Positions 1-9,036 of a stretch of DNA of 64,000 bases are shown here, piece by piece (the first letter of the stretch is position 1; every line of letters starts with the position of its first letter). The DNA lies in assembly GCA_943788985.1 (NCBI GenBank), contig CALSSJ010000010.1, forward strand, positions 256,001-320,000, in the 5' to 3' direction. Made by a program: the position numbers and the translations under genes. The DNA comes from an uncultured Lentisphaerales bacterium. GTDB taxonomy: Bacteria > Verrucomicrobiota > Lentisphaeria > JABSQK01 > UBA12247. Under the pieces are notes generated by a model. That model had not been told where the DNA came from. It saw only the letters and a program-made list of their open reading frames with translations, and did no database searches.

Positions 1-615
1 CTGGAAGCCGCCTTGGAAATCCCGGTCTTCGTGGAGCATGATGCAGCTGCCTGCGCCTTGGCCGAACACCGCTGGGGGGCACACGTTGGCTGCCATTCGC
101 TCGTGTATCTCACCTGCGGAACCGGAATTGGCGCTGGCTTGGTCATCGACGGGTCTGCCTACCATGGCGCGGGTGGACACTCCATGGAGATTGGCCACAT
201 GCGAGTCGCGGACGATGGCCCGATAGCATTCGGCAAGGCGGGGTCGCTTGAGTCCTATTGCTCCGGGACGGCGCTGCGCCTGCTCGCGCGCTGGAAGTAC
301 GACCGCGACTGGCAGCCGCATGAGGTTGCGGAGTTCGCAAACCAGGGCGATGTCGAGGCGCTCGATGTCTTGCAGATGCACGCTGCGGCGACCGGTCGTT
401 GTTGTGCGAATCTCGCAGACATGTTGTTTCCAGATGTGATCTTACTGGGCAGTCTGGCCCACTATCTTGGCGCGAGCTGGCTCGACCAGGTGGTCCACGA
501 GTTCCGTAAGGAGGCGCATCCGCATGCGGTCGCCCGTTGCCAGATAGAACCGGCCACGCTTGGGCCTCGAGTCCAAGACCTATCCGCGCTGGTCTGCGGG
601 TTGGCAGGTTTATGA
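1..615 (+). CDS. ROK family sugar kinase/regulator (5' part outside window)
   Basis: Frame is open from base 1. Motifs EHDAAACALAE, GTGIGAG, G..G.SMEIGH and GSLESYCSG are typical ROK signatures. Confidence 0.9.
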   Translation: MEAALEIPVFVEHDAAACALAEHRWGAHVGCHSLVYLTCGTGIGAGLVIDGSAYHGAGGHSMEIGHMRVADDGPIAFGKAGSLESYCSGTALRLLARWKYDRDWQPHEVAEFANQGDVEALDVLQMHAAATGRCCANLADMLFPDVILLGSLAHYLGASWLDQVVHEFRKEAHPHAVARCQIEPATLGPRVQDLSALVCGLAGL

Positions 616-743
616 CTGGCCTGCGCTTTCAGATCATGGTCGCCCGCCCCGGGTTCTGGGCCCCGGGGTTTCTGCGGTGGAATGCGTCCGCGATTGGCAG
701 TTTCTACGTGGTCTGGTCACGCGCGACTTTGGGGGGGGCATGA
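612..743 (+). pseudogene. 43-codon ORF, possibly an internally deleted membrane-protein (UbiA-like) remnant
   Basis: ATGA overlaps with both neighbours (612-615 and 740-743). Translation MTGLRFQIMVARPGFW...LRWNASAIGSFYVVWSRATLGGA. The family assignment is recollection-level only. Confidence 0.35.
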
Positions 744-2050
744 AAACCATTGGCATCATTGTGCCGCCGGTTCCTGGGCATGTTATGCCGAGCCTGGCGC
801 AGGCAGATGCACTGCGTAGCGAGGGCTGCCGCGTGCGTTACTACCAACTCGGGGACCTGCGAGACCAGATCGAGGAGCAAGGCCATGAATTCTGCGCCTT
901 GGGCGCTTCGCGTTTTCAACCGGGGATGCTGGCTGAGATGCGGAGTAAGATTGCGAGCATGTCAGGGCTGCGCTGCGTCCGGGCGTCAGTGGAGCTATTC
1001 CGGGCAACTGCGGAGATGTTTGGCGATGAGCTGCCAGCGGCATTGGCTCGGGAGCCGGTCGATGCCTTGCTGATAGATCAGATTGAGCCCGCGCCAGCAC
1101 TGATTGCGCGGGCCCTCGGGATTCCGTATGTGAGCGTTGCCAATGCTCTGCCGATGGACCCAGATCCGTGGCACCCCCCAGCGACGACACCGTGGCTACC
1201 GGGTGGCGGGATTGGCGAACTCCGCAACTGCCTGGCACATCAGATGCTGCGGGTGGTGTTTCGCCCGACCTATCGGTTGTTGCGGAAGCTGGAGAGGCGG
1301 CATGGGTTACCCCGCGAGCCGATGATTTTTCCCTACCTGTCTGAACAAGCGCAGATTAATCAACTGGTGGAAGCGTTCGACTTTCCGCGTAAGCATCGGC
1401 CGGCGCACCTGCATTACTTGGGCGCGATGCGTTTGCGCTCGTACCGGGAGATCCCGTTCGACTTTGACAGGCTGGACGGTCGGCCGCTGGTCTATGCGTC
1501 GCTGGGGACCACGGTCTGTCGGCATTTGCCGCTGCTGCGCAAGATTGCGGAGATCGCGAGAGGGCGGGATGTGCAGTTGGTGCTATCTCTGGGAGGGCAG
1601 GCGACCGCGGCGGAACTGGGGGCGGTCCCTGAGAATGCGCTGGTCGTGGAATTCGCACCGCAGCCGGAGCTGATCGGGCGCGCAGACGCGGTGATCACGC
1701 ATGCGGGCCAGAACACGACGATGGAGGCGATCGCGAAAGGGAAACCTATGGTGGCGGTGCCCATCAGCTATGAGCAGCCGGGAATTGCCGCGCGCATTGA
1801 ACGGGCCGGGATTGGGCTCCGTTGTAGCCGCAAGGCGTCGACCGCGAGCATCGGCCAGGCACTCGACCGAGTGCTGTCAGAACCGGGGTTTGCGAACTCC
1901 GCAACCCAACTGGCAAAGGCCGGAGCGGCGGCAGGCGGGGCAGAGCGCGCCGCAGAGATCGTAATTAGCATGCTCCAGACGGGTTGTCAGCCCCCGCGTG
2001 GTCGCTACAGTAGCGCCCAAACACGGCCCCATACTACAGGTGAAACATGA
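740..2050 (+). CDS. GT1 family UDP-glycosyltransferase (MGT/CrtX-like)
   Basis: N-terminal PPVPGHVMP with catalytic His, VYASLGT, and C-terminal APQ...ITHAGQNTTMEA...VPISYEQ UDP-sugar-binding box. Start placed at ATG 740 (ATGA overlap). Confidence 0.9.
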   Translation: MKTIGIIVPPVPGHVMPSLAQADALRSEGCRVRYYQLGDLRDQIEEQGHEFCALGASRFQPGMLAEMRSKIASMSGLRCVRASVELFRATAEMFGDELPAALAREPVDALLIDQIEPAPALIARALGIPYVSVANALPMDPDPWHPPATTPWLPGGGIGELRNCLAHQMLRVVFRPTYRLLRKLERRHGLPREPMIFPYLSEQAQINQLVEAFDFPRKHRPAHLHYLGAMRLRSYREIPFDFDRLDGRPLVYASLGTTVCRHLPLLRKIAEIARGRDVQLVLSLGGQATAAELGAVPENALVVEFAPQPELIGRADAVITHAGQNTTMEAIAKGKPMVAVPISYEQPGIAARIERAGIGLRCSRKASTASIGQALDRVLSEPGFANSATQLAKAGAAAGGAERAAEIVISMLQTGCQPPRGRYSSAQTRPHTTGET

Positions 2051-2769
2051 GCGAAGCCACCCAGCAGTTAGTTGACCTTCAGGATACCGATCGACGGATA
2101 CGGAAGCTGCAGCAGATCATTGATTCTGTGCCGCAGGAAAAGGCCAAAATCGAGGAAGAGCTAAGCGGCACGGAGGCCGTCGTCGAGGAGGCGAAGCATG
2201 GCTCGCAGGAAATGGAGATGCGGGTCAAAAGCCTTGAGATAGATATTGGCGTTATTCAGCAGAAAATGAATCATTTTTTGGGTCAGACTGCGGCCGTGAA
2301 GAAGAATGATGAGTACAAGGCGCTGCTGAGCGAGATCGAGAACTGCAAGGTGCAGATTTCGGACTTGGAAGATCAGGAGCTGGAGCTTTGGGAGGAGCGG
2401 GAAGGCACGTCGGCGGTGATGACTGATGCCTCGGAGCAGCTAAAAGCGGCGCGCAAGCGAATCGCGTCGGCGCTGGAAGATCTTGATGTGCGCGAGCGGA
2501 ACGCCTCTAGCCAGTTAGAGAAGCTGCGCGAGAAACGGGGCGCGCAAGTTAGCAGTATTGACGCTGTTGTCCTGGAGCCCTACGAGCGCCTGACGGAGAT
2601 CGCGAGGCGTCGTGGCCAGAACAAGGACTGCCTGGTTCCGCTGAATGGGAACTCGTGCGGCGGTTGCCACATGTCTTCGACTACCCAGACACAGGCTCAC
2701 GTGCGCGGCGGCAAGATTGTGCCCTGTGAGAATTGCGGATCCCTGATTTACTTCGCCCGCGGGGAATGA
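2047..2769 (+). CDS. Coiled-coil protein with C-terminal C4 zinc ribbon (CT398/DUF164-like)
   Basis: LQDTD N-terminus, long coiled coil, and CGGCH...CENCG zinc ribbon. Confidence 0.88.
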   Translation: MSEATQQLVDLQDTDRRIRKLQQIIDSVPQEKAKIEEELSGTEAVVEEAKHGSQEMEMRVKSLEIDIGVIQQKMNHFLGQTAAVKKNDEYKALLSEIENCKVQISDLEDQELELWEEREGTSAVMTDASEQLKAARKRIASALEDLDVRERNASSQLEKLREKRGAQVSSIDAVVLEPYERLTEIARRRGQNKDCLVPLNGNSCGGCHMSSTTQTQAHVRGGKIVPCENCGSLIYFARGE

Positions 2770-3575
2770 GCAGTAACTGGTTGCTGCAGGTCGCCTACGA
2801 CGGCACAGTCTATCGCGGCTGGCAACGACAGCGAGACGCGGGGACTGTGCAAGGCGAACTCGAGCAGGCCCTTACTGACTTGTTCGGTTGCGACCTCAGG
2901 GTGTCCGGCTGTAGCCGGACGGATGCCGGCGTGCATGCCCTCGCTCAACAGGTTTCGCTGTGCGTTCCAGAGTATCCGCCGATTCCGCCCAACAACGCAC
3001 GCAAGGCACTGAATGACCGGTTGCCTGATGATATTTGTGTGCGTTCGATCGAGGTCGTATCGGCGGATTTTCACGCGCGCTTTTCCAATGTCGGGAAGGC
3101 CTATGTGTACTTGCTTGCACCTCATGCGCACAAGCATCCTTTTCTAGGCCGTTTTTCTTGGACGATGCCACGAAATCTGGCGCTTGCAGAAATGCAGAGG
3201 GCCGCCGCAGCACTCATTGGAACGCATGACTTTACGACTTTTTCGTGTGTGGCTGATCGAGACGATGCGGGGAACACGCGCACCCTATATCAGTGCCGGG
3301 TGGAGGAGCTGGACGGCCTGCTTGTAGTAAAGGTGGTGGGAGACGGATTTTTGTACCGGATGGTGCGGAGAATCGTGGGGTTTCTAGTCGGAGTGGGAAG
3401 TGGCCGTATTTCTCCAGAGGATACAGGACGGCTGTTGGCGGCTCGTGATCGCAATGGTGGGTTTTGCACTGCCCCACCGCAGGGCCTCTTTTTGTACGAT
3501 GTATTTTTCGATGAAGACCAGCGAGATTCCTGGGAACTCGAGGTGATGCCGCTGCTGTTTCCGCCGCGGCCCTGA
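2766..3575 (+). CDS. truA: tRNA pseudouridine(38-40) synthase TruA
   Basis: AYDGT.YRGWQRQ, SRTDAGVHA, FHARF, GTHDF, GDGFLYRMVRRIVG and TAPPQGL motifs. ATG at 2766 overlaps the upstream stop. Confidence 0.96.
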   Translation: MSSNWLLQVAYDGTVYRGWQRQRDAGTVQGELEQALTDLFGCDLRVSGCSRTDAGVHALAQQVSLCVPEYPPIPPNNARKALNDRLPDDICVRSIEVVSADFHARFSNVGKAYVYLLAPHAHKHPFLGRFSWTMPRNLALAEMQRAAAALIGTHDFTTFSCVADRDDAGNTRTLYQCRVEELDGLLVVKVVGDGFLYRMVRRIVGFLVGVGSGRISPEDTGRLLAARDRNGGFCTAPPQGLFLYDVFFDEDQRDSWELEVMPLLFPPRP

Positions 3576-3647
3576 GCTGTGTATAGCCCGTGAGGGAAGA
3601 CGTAGTTGATAGGAAATTGCTTTTCCCGATACGGCCAAGATACGCTG

Positions 3648-3839
3648 ACGGGGTGAGCGAGTCAAAAACGGGGCGGAAACGGTGCAAAACCGAAGGGAGA
3701 GCGCCGTACCGATATTAGCGACAGAAAACTGAAATCCTGGCTAACGGGGTGAGCGAGTCAAAAACGGGGCGGAAACGGTGCAAAACCGAAGGGAGAGCGC
3801 CGTACCGATATTAGCGACAGAAAACTGAAATCCTGGCTA
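3648..3839. repeat. Perfect 96-bp tandem duplication (2 copies)
   Basis: ACGGGGTGAGCGAGTC...AAATCCTGGCTA occurs at 3648-3743 and again at 3744-3839. Confidence 0.95.
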
Positions 3840-3887
3840 AACAGGCCAGATCAAGCAACGAGAAGCCGTCTTCCTGGCGGGCGTTTT

Positions 3888-4445
3888 TCAGAAACCCATG
3901 AGAAACTCGTCGAAGTCTACATACTCGATTTCCAGCTCAATTTCTTCCGGTGTGGCAGGCTTGGGCGGCGCTCTGGTCGGGTAATCATCCCATAACTGAC
4001 AATGCTTGATTAAACGGTCGATGACATCGGCCGGGTCCTTCTGCGCAATGAACGCGACGATAGTCATCGCGCCGCCACATTGGGGACAGCACAATTGGGC
4101 TACCTCGTGTACTCGCTTAGTCAGCGCTGACCAAAGCATACGTTACAATTTACGATACAGCGTATCGCTGTCATCGGTGTTGAGGGGTTCAGGGCCCCCG
4201 TACTGGTGTACCTTTGCCTCTTCAGCCGCCTTAGCGTGCATACCACGCGCCTTATTCGACTACCACCCAGAGTATCGCAGGGGCTGCGCGCCGTACTCCG
4301 GAATATGCTTTGTCACCTTGGCTGTAAGATCATCGGGTATGGGTAGGAATTTGCCGTGTTTGGCGAAAGCTCCATCGGTAGATAGAGTGTGCATATGCAG
4401 ATGTCGATTTTTTAGGTAGGCAAAACTCTGGGGCGGGCCGACCAT
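3888..4445 (-). pseudogene. IS91-family (Y2/HUH) transposase pseudogene
   Basis: HLHMHTLSTDG (HUH), KHIP...LRYSGW*SNKARG (Y2 region), WSALTKRVHEV..L.CPQCGG.M and RAPP motifs. In-frame stops at 4260-4262 and 4143-4145. The N-terminus and the segment between HUH and Y2 are missing. Confidence 0.88.
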
Positions 4446-5449
4446 TCCCAGAACAACGTCGCTATACCAGCAATATTGGGCCTAGGCGGTCGGCGATGAG
4501 GTCACTGTATCGCTCGATGTGACGACCTACGGCGTATCGATTAATGGCAATTCGGCAATCCACAGCTACACACCACCCAGTGGGACTGACTATCCGCTCC
4601 GCGTTCGTGGCAGTATTCTCCTCGTGACACTGCAGAATGCCATTGCTTACATTCCTGCTCCCAGCAACACACCCAGAATCACGAACTTCTCCTCTAGTGG
4701 AAATCGCGAGAATGTGTTCAGCATTGGCTAAGGCCTCATCATCACATTCGATTCAGCTACGAACACGCCTCCGCATGGCGTGAACTTCTGGCAGACCGAA
4801 AGCGTGAATGATCTCTTCATTTGAGCGAAGAATCGGATGCTACCTTGGTTCAAGTGCCAGTATCTTCAGCATCAGCGCCAGCGAGTTCCGCTCACCCAGT
4901 ATTCAGGTTTGTGGGCACGACCGTCACGCCGAACGCACGTGGTCTGCTCGCCCCATTCGGTCTGCGGATGGCACCATCTTCGCCGCATTCGAAACGAGTA
5001 CCATGCTCGCCGGTACCATTCGTCAGGCTGCTGGCGGTGCAGCCGTAGTGGAGTCTGCCACCATCCTGCTCAACCCAGGCTGGAACTTGGTCAGCGCGCC
5101 GCTTACGCTCTTGCAACCCGCGGCATCACTGGTCTTCCCAACCTCGGATCAAGTCATGGCTCTCGTCGACGTTGACCGGGCTCAGACTGATACGATTGAA
5201 GTGGGCAGTCGATGCTGGGTCTTTCACTCCAGAGACGCAACCAGCGTCACTGTATTCGGCGAGTGGCCTTCGGGATCAGTCTCAGTGGACCCCGGCTGGA
5301 ATATCGTCGGGTTCGGGGTGACGCAAGCTGTTCCCCCAGGCGCAATCGCCCGTGCGCAGAATGGCGATCGCCACGAAACGGTGGACGTACTGGAGGAAGC
5401 CGGAGGCTATTGGATTTACAGCGAACAACCCCTGACCATCTCCCTGTAG
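4446..5449 (+). pseudogene. Fragment of a secreted protein ending in a GWNL-type C-terminal domain
   Basis: ORF 4808-5449 ends LNPGWNLVSAPL...PGWNIVG...GYWIYS. Upstream coding-like sequence is interrupted by stops (e.g. 4729-4731) and there is no clear start or signal peptide. Confidence 0.55.
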
Positions 5450-5566
5450 CATGCCAGGCTGTGGGGGCTGATTCGACAACCCTCTATTTTTCTGACGAAG
5501 CGGGACTATTGTAATGCTCGGTGAGGGACGCGCTTCAGTCGCGCATCTGAACCATCCCTACGGTAT

Positions 5567-5920
5567 GGGGGCGAAATGGTATCGACTGGCTGAGTTACGC
5601 TTATATTGCATGTGGAGGATGGTCGTTGGCCTCCTAAATCATCGACCGAACGTATAATTGCCAATACTGAAATGGCTCTTGCGGCTTAACTGACTGCATC
5701 GCGTTCACCCTGACGTCCGATACGGGATGAAGGCGTCCTTAATCGGACTTACCTCAAGCCGAGCTTTCGCGGTGCGAGGAACAACAACAGGAAGATAGTC
5801 TCGAAGCTGGCCCCGTTCGCTGGCATGTGGAGGGACGATAAACAACGAAGGCGAACTAAACATGTAGACGTGTAAGTAGTGCTTAACTAGGACCCGGGTT
5901 CGACTCCCGGCGCCTCCACC
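5567..5920 (+). ncRNA. ssrA: tmRNA (transfer-messenger RNA), tag (A)ANTEMALAA
   Basis: 5' GGGGGCG pairs with 3' CGCCTCC-ACC, T-arm GGGTTCGACTCCC is present, and tag ORF GCC AAT ACT GAA ATG GCT CTT GCG GCT TAA lies at 5660-5689. Confidence 0.96.
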
Positions 5921-5932
5921 GTTCCTCAAGCC

Positions 5933-5955
5933 CGCCCGTGCTCAATAGCCGGGCG
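5933..5955. terminator. GC-rich hairpin between convergent ssrA and RND gene
   Basis: CGCCCG-tgctcaatagc-CGGGCG, with no strong U tract. Confidence 0.35.
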
Positions 5956-5985
5956 TCAGGCTGGACACGGAGCCAGATTCTGCGA

Positions 5986-8900
5986 TCAGTCTGATTCAAG
6001 AATCAGATAAGCAGCTGGCACCAGCAGCAGCGTCACGAAGGTCGTGAGCAGGATTCCAAAGCCCAGAGAAACAGCCATTGGCTTCAAAAACTGAGCCTGT
6101 GTGCTCTGTTCTAGCAACAACGGTGCCAGCCCGATAAAGGTGGTGATACTGGTCAGCAGGATCGGCCGCAATCGCCGCACACCGGCCGTTCGTACTGCCT
6201 CGTACACTTCCATGCCTGCGCGACGTTGTTGATTAATAAAGTCCACGAGCACAAGGCTGTCGTTGATCACCACCCCGACTAAGGCCAGGATTCCGAACAG
6301 ACTGAGCATGCTGAGCGGCATCCCCAAACAGAAATGTGCGAAGATCGCAGATGCTGCCCCAAAGGGGATAACCAGCATCACCAGCAGCGGTTGCAGGTAG
6401 TCCTTGAACGGAATCGCCAACAAGGCGTAGATCACCAGCAACAGCCCCAACAACCCGACACGCATGTTTGCGGCAGTTTCCGCATTATCCTTGGCCTCCC
6501 CGCCCAACGCATGCTCAACGCCTGGAAACTGGCCTTCCAGTTCCAAAAGTTTCTCATCCACTGCCGCCTGAATCTCATCCATATTGACCTGACTCTTGAT
6601 GACGTCTGCGGTCACACTGACAACTCGTCGCCGATCAATTCGCTGGATGTTGGCCGCCCCTCGGCTGACAGACAGTTCAGCCACGTGCTCAAGTGGCACC
6701 AACTTTCCATCTGGCGTCCGAATATGCATGCTCTCGAGGTCTGCAAGAGAGCGTCGCTGGGCTTCTGGATAGCGCACCATCACCCGCACATCGTCTCGGC
6801 CGTCTTGGATACGCTGGGCCTCGACCCCAAAGAATGCACCACGGACTTGCGCAGCCAGAGCACGTGTGGTGATTCCAAGACGCTGCGCATCATCACGCAG
6901 CGTCAGCTCCAACTGCTGCTTCCCGTCCTGGAAGCTGTCCGTGATATCAAAGACCCCGTCAATCGTGGCGAGAGCCTTGCGCATCTCAGCTGCCGCGGCC
7001 GTCAGCTGCTCCAAGTCTTGGCCTGTGAGCTGGACGTCTACTGGCGAGCCACCACGCATTAGCTCCGCCCGAAACGACAGATCGCGCGCCCCCGGAATCT
7101 GGCCGATTAACTCACGCCATTCGTTAGCCAAATCAGTGCTTTTGACCTCTACAGTCCTGTGTTCGGGCGACACAATCTCAAACCTGACCCGTCCAAAATG
7201 TGGCCCGTCCTCGCCCGTTTCAGCGAGAACATGTGTAATCGCAGACTCTCCCGTGCTTGGGTCCACGTACTTGGCTTTGAGCTCCCAGGCCATTGCTTCA
7301 ATGCGTTGCACATGGGCATGGGTTGTTTCGAAAGGCGTACCCAGTGGCATCGCCAGTGTTGCCGAAGCAGATTCAGCCGCCACGCGAGGGAAGGGCATAA
7401 ACTGAATGCGCCCCGCAGGCCGCAGTGACATCAGAATCGCCGCCATTGCGATAAACAGCGCGAGCGTTGTGTAGCGCCACTGCAGCGCGACCTTCAACAG
7501 CGGATGATAGACTGCCAGAATCGCCCCTTCGAGAAAGCCGGCGACCGCTTGCTGGGCACGGCTAAACGCGTTGGTCCGGCCAAACTTGGTATGGCGCAGA
7601 TGCGCAGGAAGAATCAGCTTAGATTCCACCAGAGAAAACAGCAAAACGGGAATCACAACCAGCGGAATCTGGGCAAAAATCTTGCCGCGAAACCCGCCGA
7701 TCATCAGCAACGGTACAAAGGCTGCGGCAGTGGTCAACACGCCGAAGGTGACGGGCACTGCCACTTCCTTGGTCCCGATAATTGCGGCAGACTCGCCCTG
7801 TTCGCCGCGCTGCAGGTGGGTGTAGATATTCTCTCCAGTGACAATCGCGTCATCGACCACAATTCCTAGGACCAAGATAAAGGCAAAGGCCGAAATAATG
7901 TTGATCGTTCCTCCTAGCAGTGGAAGTACCAGCAAGGCGCCGGCAAAGCTGATCGGAATGCCTACACAGACCCAGATGGCCACCGAAGGCCGCAGGAACA
8001 GGCACAGCAGGACGGTCACGCAGATGAAACCGATCCAAGCGCTTCGCCATAGCGTGCCAAGACGTGCTCGGATAATCTTCGACCGATCTCGCCAGTAGTC
8101 GATCGCGATTCCAGCCGGAGCGTGCTCCTGAGCGGTTTCTATGTAGTTTTTGACTTTGTCGGTCACGTCAATCGCATTCTGGTCCCCTACCGAATAGATG
8201 TCCACAAACACGCACGGCTTGCCATCAAACACTGCCGCAATCTCGCCATCCTCGAAGCCATCAATGACCTTTGCAACGTCCGCAACCCGCACCTGTCGGC
8301 CATCCGCTGTCCGCCGTATCACTATGCTGGCAAAGTCACTCGGGCCATACGCCTGGCCCTTCGTGCGCAGCAAGATTTCACCACCTTCTGCCCGAATCCG
8401 CCCGGCGGACAGATCCAACGACGAGTTCCGCACCGCGTTGACCACGTCGCCAAAGGTCAGGTCGTATGCAATAAGTGCTTGCTCGGCGACCTCAATCGCT
8501 GTTTCGCGCCGTCGCACCCCAGAGAGATCAGCCTGGGAGAGTCCCGGCAAGGCGACGAGGTCATCGCGGATTGTTTCTCCCAGCTTGCGCAGCTCTCGTT
8601 CCGGTAGATCCCCAGATACTACCACGCTGATCACCTGCCGCCGGCGATTCGAGGTCGTGTAGATCGGTCGTTCCGTGTTATCGGGAAACGTGCTGATCGC
8701 ATCCACCCGATTCTTGAGATCATCCAGCATCTCACGCGAGTCATAGCCAGACTCTAGCTCGACGTGAACGGTACCAACATTCTCTGCGGCCGTAGAGCGT
8801 AGTTCGCGGATGCCCTCCAAGTCGTATATGGCTTCCTCCAGGCGCAGCAGAACACCTTCCTCGACTTCGGCCGGTGTTGCCCCGCGAAAGGGAATTTGCA

Positions 8901-9036
8901 CAGTGACAGTGTCCATCTCGAACGATGGAAACACCTCAAGCGGCAGCACGCGAAAGGCGACGTAGGAGCCAGAAAAAAGCAGTCCAATCATCAGCAGATT
9001 GGCCGCGATGCCGTTGCGGCAGAACCAGGCGATCAT
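5986..9036 (-). CDS. RND efflux transporter permease (AcrB/AcrD/AcrF family)
   Basis: 1016 aa. AANLLM N-terminus, GIVVDDAIV (TM4), RLRPILLTSITTFIGL and 12-TM/two-periplasmic-loop layout. Confidence 0.95.
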   Translation of the reverse strand: MIAWFCRNGIAANLLMIGLLFSGSYVAFRVLPLEVFPSFEMDTVTVQIPFRGATPAEVEEGVLLRLEEAIYDLEGIRELRSTAAENVGTVHVELESGYDSREMLDDLKNRVDAISTFPDNTERPIYTTSNRRRQVISVVVSGDLPERELRKLGETIRDDLVALPGLSQADLSGVRRRETAIEVAEQALIAYDLTFGDVVNAVRNSSLDLSAGRIRAEGGEILLRTKGQAYGPSDFASIVIRRTADGRQVRVADVAKVIDGFEDGEIAAVFDGKPCVFVDIYSVGDQNAIDVTDKVKNYIETAQEHAPAGIAIDYWRDRSKIIRARLGTLWRSAWIGFICVTVLLCLFLRPSVAIWVCVGIPISFAGALLVLPLLGGTINIISAFAFILVLGIVVDDAIVTGENIYTHLQRGEQGESAAIIGTKEVAVPVTFGVLTTAAAFVPLLMIGGFRGKIFAQIPLVVIPVLLFSLVESKLILPAHLRHTKFGRTNAFSRAQQAVAGFLEGAILAVYHPLLKVALQWRYTTLALFIAMAAILMSLRPAGRIQFMPFPRVAAESASATLAMPLGTPFETTHAHVQRIEAMAWELKAKYVDPSTGESAITHVLAETGEDGPHFGRVRFEIVSPEHRTVEVKSTDLANEWRELIGQIPGARDLSFRAELMRGGSPVDVQLTGQDLEQLTAAAAEMRKALATIDGVFDITDSFQDGKQQLELTLRDDAQRLGITTRALAAQVRGAFFGVEAQRIQDGRDDVRVMVRYPEAQRRSLADLESMHIRTPDGKLVPLEHVAELSVSRGAANIQRIDRRRVVSVTADVIKSQVNMDEIQAAVDEKLLELEGQFPGVEHALGGEAKDNAETAANMRVGLLGLLLVIYALLAIPFKDYLQPLLVMLVIPFGAASAIFAHFCLGMPLSMLSLFGILALVGVVINDSLVLVDFINQQRRAGMEVYEAVRTAGVRRLRPILLTSITTFIGLAPLLLEQSTQAQFLKPMAVSLGFGILLTTFVTLLLVPAAYLILESD

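Larger units (their letters stand above)
3608..4445 (-). mobile_element. Degenerate IS91/ISCR-family rolling-circle element (oriIS end plus transposase remnant)
   Basis: Minus strand ends AAAAGCAATTTCCTATC (3624-3608), resembling the ISCR oriIS GAATTTCCTAT. A transposase remnant lies upstream of it. Confidence 0.75.

Noticed and set aside
560..739. N-terminal extension of the glycosyltransferase (and similar extensions of ORFs at 11896, 16238, 17010 and 21401)
   Set aside because: Family homology, SD sites or ATGA coupling favour the downstream starts.
5463..5480. GGGGGCTGATTCGAC resembling a second tmRNA 5' end
   Set aside because: Only a short match, with no matching acceptor-stem partner, tag or T-arm. 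Probably chance.
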